Of a stretch of DNA of 11,860 nt, positions 7,585 through 11,860 are shown piece by piece (the stretch's first letter is position 1; every line of letters begins with the position of its first letter). Source of the stretch: Pseudomonadota bacterium. Lineage in GTDB: Bacteria; UBA10199; 2-02-FULL-44-16; JAAZCA01. Below the pieces are notes generated by a model. That model did no database searches and was not told where the DNA came from. It saw only the letters and a list, made by a program, of their open reading frames with translations. Both the position numbers and the translations under genes were made by a program. The stretch is from assembly GCA_043822785.1 (NCBI GenBank), contig JBDRBN010000053.1, positions 1 through 11,860 on the forward strand. Reading direction: 5' to 3'.

Positions 7585-8853
7585 TCAGCTAGCTAGAGCT
7601 AGCGAAACGATTTTAGTCATATGCGTCTCTGGGCCATAGACCTCTATAGGCACGCCGAGCGTGTTTCCCAGCTCGCGCATCTTTGCAAGGCCTTCCTGGT
7701 AATTGGGCCCGCCCCTTCTCACATATATGCGCACCTTGTTGTCGATGAGCTTTTGCTTGTATTCTGTAAGCGCCTGGATGATGCCGGTAAACGTCGCGGC
7801 AACGTCAGTGAAGTTTGCGATGCCGCCACCGATGAGCAAAATCTTTCCCTTTGGATCTTTATCGCGCGTCATCAGATCCAAAAGGGTCTTGGCATACTGA
7901 TAGGTGAGATCCCTTGAGGGATCGCCAGAATATTCACCGTAATTTGCAAGCTCTTTAGAAAAACCAAGATCGCAGACAGTATCAGCGTAGATCACGGATG
8001 CGCCTCCGCCCGCAACCATGGTCCACACCCTGCCCTTAGGATTTAAAATGGTGAGCTTAAGCGACGCGCCGCTCTGCTCATCAAGATATTTTACAAACTC
8101 CTCTTCCTTTGAAGATATTTCGCCAAACGATTTTGGAAATTCAAGATCGCCCCAAACTTTTCTGCAATCAAAAGCTGCAGTGTCATCCACTTTAGCAACC
8201 ACATCCAAAGGCACGATGTTGCCGTCTTTTGTGAATGTAAATGGATTGATCTCCAGATAGGTAAAACCATTATCCGCATAGAAATTATAAAGCGCCTTGA
8301 TGAAAGCGTTTACCTTGTCGCGCTTTTTGCCTGCATCTGCGAGTTTGTCTGCAAAATCTACTTTCGAGGAATCAGATGTGATGGGTACCTTGATTTCCAA
8401 AACCTTGTCCCAGTTTTCCTCTACAAATATACCGCCCTTTACTGAAAAATAGACCAGGTCGTTTTCGCGCTCGCTCCTTATCGCCACATACCACTCTTCG
8501 TTTTCATCGTGCGGCACAAAGGGCTCTATTAAAAAGTGCGTGAGGGTGCCTTTGGTCTTGCCGACTGTAGTCTCTGTGTTCATCCGTTCAGATATCCACG
8601 CCTTTGCCTTTTTAAACTCAGCATCGATCAAAAGAAGGCCGTGTTTGCCGCGTTTTCCAAAGAGTTGATCTGGTTTTACAACGAGCTTTTGTTTAAGGAG
8701 CCATGGCTGGTCCTTGGCAAGGGCATCCATATCAGTATCAGGGCCCACGAGAGCTACCTTGCCTTCATATGCAATCTTCTCTCCCAAATACCTTGGCAGC
8801 TCGCTGGCTAGCATCCTCTTTGCATCATATTCACGTATTCCCCTCTGCGCCAT
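7585..8853 (-). CDS. aclB: ATP-citrate lyase subunit B (beta; ATP-grasp and citrate-binding domains)
   Basis: IREYDAK, VKPDQLFGKRGK, YLEINP, MVAGGGASV, ANYGEYSG, GGGIANFTDVA and RRGGPNYQEGL. AGGAGG ribosome-binding site at 8858-8863. Confidence 0.95.
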   Translation of the reverse strand: MAQRGIREYDAKRMLASELPRYLGEKIAYEGKVALVGPDTDMDALAKDQPWLLKQKLVVKPDQLFGKRGKHGLLLIDAEFKKAKAWISERMNTETTVGKTKGTLTHFLIEPFVPHDENEEWYVAIRSERENDLVYFSVKGGIFVEENWDKVLEIKVPITSDSSKVDFADKLADAGKKRDKVNAFIKALYNFYADNGFTYLEINPFTFTKDGNIVPLDVVAKVDDTAAFDCRKVWGDLEFPKSFGEISSKEEEFVKYLDEQSGASLKLTILNPKGRVWTMVAGGGASVIYADTVCDLGFSKELANYGEYSGDPSRDLTYQYAKTLLDLMTRDKDPKGKILLIGGGIANFTDVAATFTGIIQALTEYKQKLIDNKVRIYVRRGGPNYQEGLAKMRELGNTLGVPIEVYGPETHMTKIVSLALAS

Positions 8854-8879
8854 GAGACCTCCTCAACTTTGGCATCTAA

Positions 8880-10088
8880 CTATTTTGTTTTCCGCTTGTG
8901 CTTCGTTTTCTTCTTGGCCAAAACTCTTTTAGGAACAGATGCGCTTGTACTTTCAATCAACCGTCGTTCTCGCTCGATCTCTCTTTGCAATTCCTCTTCC
9001 GTAGGCAGGTAAAGCATGTACCTGGACGCGAACAATTGCCTGCTGTCCTTCAACACCGAATATCGCGCGATCGTTTCATTTTTCTTTGCACAAAGAATCA
9101 GGCCGATAGTCGGGTTATCCCCATTGACGCGGAATTTTTCGTCAAACATCCTGACATAGCTGTCCATCTGTCCGACGTCCTGATGGGTCAGTTTGCCAAT
9201 TTTCAAGTCTATCAGGAGATAGCATTTCAAAATGCAGTTGTAGAAAACCAGATCGATGTAAAAAAAGTCGTCGTCAAACTGCAAACGCTTTTGTCGCCCG
9301 ATGAAGGCAAACCCTTTTCCAAGTTCGAGAAGAAACGACTGCAGGTTAGAGATAATCGCCGCTTCCATATTTCCTTCATGGAGTTTCGGAGAATCAGGCA
9401 GACCGAGAAAATCGAGAATATAGGGATCTTTAATGGTATCAGTTGGCGTTGTGATGGTGTGTCCTTTGCGGATCAAATTCATAACACCGTCTTTGTCCCG
9501 GCTTTTGAGCAATCGGGCAAAGAGGAAAGAATGAATCTGTCTTTCCAGGGCAGGAACACTCCAACCTTCTTTTTCAGCTTCAATCTCGTAAAACAGGCGT
9601 TCGTTTCTGTTTTCAACCTTGGTCAAGGCGCGGTAATGTGACCAGCTCAGCAGAGATGAGAAGCCCTTGATCAAACCACTCTTTTCAACGACAAGACTCA
9701 TGTCATCCAAAACTCCACAAGGCTTGCGGAGTTTTTTATCCGGATTGAATTCTCCACAAGGCTTGTGGAGAATCTCAGGGGAACGGTCTGCGAAGGCAAG
9801 GTAGAACTGCCTAAAATACCACAGATTCGTAGTGGAAAATCCCTTCCCATACTTTCGAGTTAATTTGTCTGAAAGGTCATGGACAAGCTGTTTGCCATAT
9901 TCAGCACGTTCTTTTCCGCCTTGCAACTCATGCACAATCTCTTGGCCAATATACCAGTAGGCGATGGTCATATTGCTATTAACCGAACGAACGACATTAG
10001 CCCTGGCCTGTTCCAAAATAGAAACCACGCGGTCAAAAAGGGTATTGGCCGAAGAGACTTTCACGAGACTATTTTTTGTTTTCTTCAT
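8880..10088 (-). CDS. YhcG/DUF1016-family PD-(D/E)XK nuclease domain protein
   Basis: AYWYIG..I, RAEYG, GFS..NL..FRQFY, LSWSHY, KDPY.LDFL, FLLELGKGFAF, IDLVFY, IDLK, GQMDSYV and PTIGLILC. Start is ATG 10088 or TTG 10100. Confidence 0.92.
   Translation of the reverse strand: MKKTKNSLVKVSSANTLFDRVVSILEQARANVVRSVNSNMTIAYWYIGQEIVHELQGGKERAEYGKQLVHDLSDKLTRKYGKGFSTTNLWYFRQFYLAFADRSPEILHKPCGEFNPDKKLRKPCGVLDDMSLVVEKSGLIKGFSSLLSWSHYRALTKVENRNERLFYEIEAEKEGWSVPALERQIHSFLFARLLKSRDKDGVMNLIRKGHTITTPTDTIKDPYILDFLGLPDSPKLHEGNMEAAIISNLQSFLLELGKGFAFIGRQKRLQFDDDFFYIDLVFYNCILKCYLLIDLKIGKLTHQDVGQMDSYVRMFDEKFRVNGDNPTIGLILCAKKNETIARYSVLKDSRQLFASRYMLYLPTEEELQREIERERRLIESTSASVPKRVLAKKKTKHKRKTK
9709..9773. repeat. 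Two tandem palindromes inside the YhcG coding sequence
   Basis: AAAACTCCACAAG-G-CTTGCGGAGTTTT (9709-9735, 1 mismatch) and ATTCTCCACAAG-G-CTTGTGGAGAAT (9749-9773, perfect 12-bp arms). Confidence 0.9.
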
Positions 10089-10175
10089 TAATTTTATCAA
10101 ATCCCAAGACCCTGTCGGGCAGCGAAAGCGACTATTAATGAGGTGTTATGGGAAAATCAAGGAGAGAAATACAAT

Positions 10176-10239
10176 CCCCACCCATCCCGCTCGTCCCAAT
10201 GGTTCAAGATATGGCCGAGATTACGAGGGATAGGTGGGG
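10176..10239 (-). terminator. Long GC-rich stem-loop downstream of the TR (3' end of the DGR RNA or terminator-like)
   Basis: Minus-strand CCCCACCTATCCC…GGGATGGGTGGGG forms 13 bp with one U-G wobble that is a C-A mismatch on the other strand, plus an inner TCGT/ACGA stem. Followed by ATTGTATTT. Confidence 0.5.
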
Positions 10240-10378
10240 GTCCCGCTCTCTTCGGTTCGCTGCATGAGCAAACCAGGATGATCGATCTGGACTCCCTCGC
10301 TGGCACGCTCCTGGCTTCCGTGGAAACTAAGGACTCTGGCCAACAAGCTCTTATCATCTGGGAGTGCTGGGGCGGAGC

Positions 10379-10489
10379 AACACAACGGAAACCGACATTG
10401 TTGTTGCGGTTGTCGGTGTGGTTGTTGTTGCGGTTATCAGCGCGCAGGTTCCAGTCGTTGTTGTTGTTCCACGACCCGCCGCGGATACG
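10379..10489 (-). ncRNA. DGR template repeat (TR) for a CLec/FGE-sulfatase-fold target
   Basis: Starts about 12 nt after the RT stop. Conceptual translation is RIRGGSWNNNNDWNLRADNRNNNHTDNRNNNVGFRCV, with 13 AAY codons between nearly adenine-free RGGSW and GFRC scaffold codons. Boundaries are approximate without the VR. Confidence 0.92.
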
Positions 10490-10500
10490 CCCTTTGTCGA

Positions 10501-11539
<1,039 letters not shown>

Positions 11540-11553
<14 letters not shown>

Positions 11554-11860
11554 CTCTCCCCTTCTGCTGTTTTAGCCAACCGCCAAGTTGCACCCCGATC
11601 TCGTTCATCATCTTCGAGATTACTTCATAACGGTGTAGGTTCAAAAGTTTCAAATCCTTGCACAGACGAACGTAATGGCGAGCCTGCTCAAGTCGAACAT
11701 TGGCACGCTGCAAATACGAAATCTTTTCGCGAGAATAGACGGCCGTCAAAAGCAGTTCGAACACGTCAAAACAACACGTTTCCAAACGCTCACCCACGAG
11801 ATATCTCTCGGAACGCGGAAATTTTGCAATTTGCGGAATCAGATACAACAAAAAGTCATA
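11540..11860 (-). CDS. avd: DGR accessory variability determinant Avd (four-helix bundle), 5'-truncated by the window edge
   Basis: The frame is open to the edge (YDFLLYLIPQIAKFPRSERY.VGER…L+RL..DL…E+G..LGGW.K), which is the Avd pattern. Its end overlaps the RT start by 14 nt. Confidence 0.9.

Overview
The window has three parts. (1) Right end, minus strand: a diversity-generating retroelement (DGR) core of Avd (cut by the window edge), reverse transcriptase (RT) and an AAC-rich template repeat (TR) for a CLec/FGE-type target. No matching variable repeat lies in the window. The RT gene carries an in-frame (AGCC)7 tract upstream of its catalytic motifs, and gain or loss of one unit creates a premature stop, so the DGR may be phase-variable (ON/OFF). 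(2) Middle, minus strand: a YhcG/DUF1016 PD-(D/E)XK nuclease gene containing two tandem DNA palindromes, followed by ATP-citrate lyase aclB-aclA. (3) Left: the 3' end of aclA occurs three times (an exact 95-bp copy at 2141-2235 and a diverged 56-bp copy at 1269-1324), all ending at the same nucleotide. The copies bracket two integrase-less cargo segments: a sucrose-phosphatase-like HAD/GH32 fusion with an in-frame TAA, and a HEPN-MNT pair. An Rnl2-family RNA ligase lies beyond the last copy. This looks like repeated site-specific cassette insertion at the aclA 3' end.
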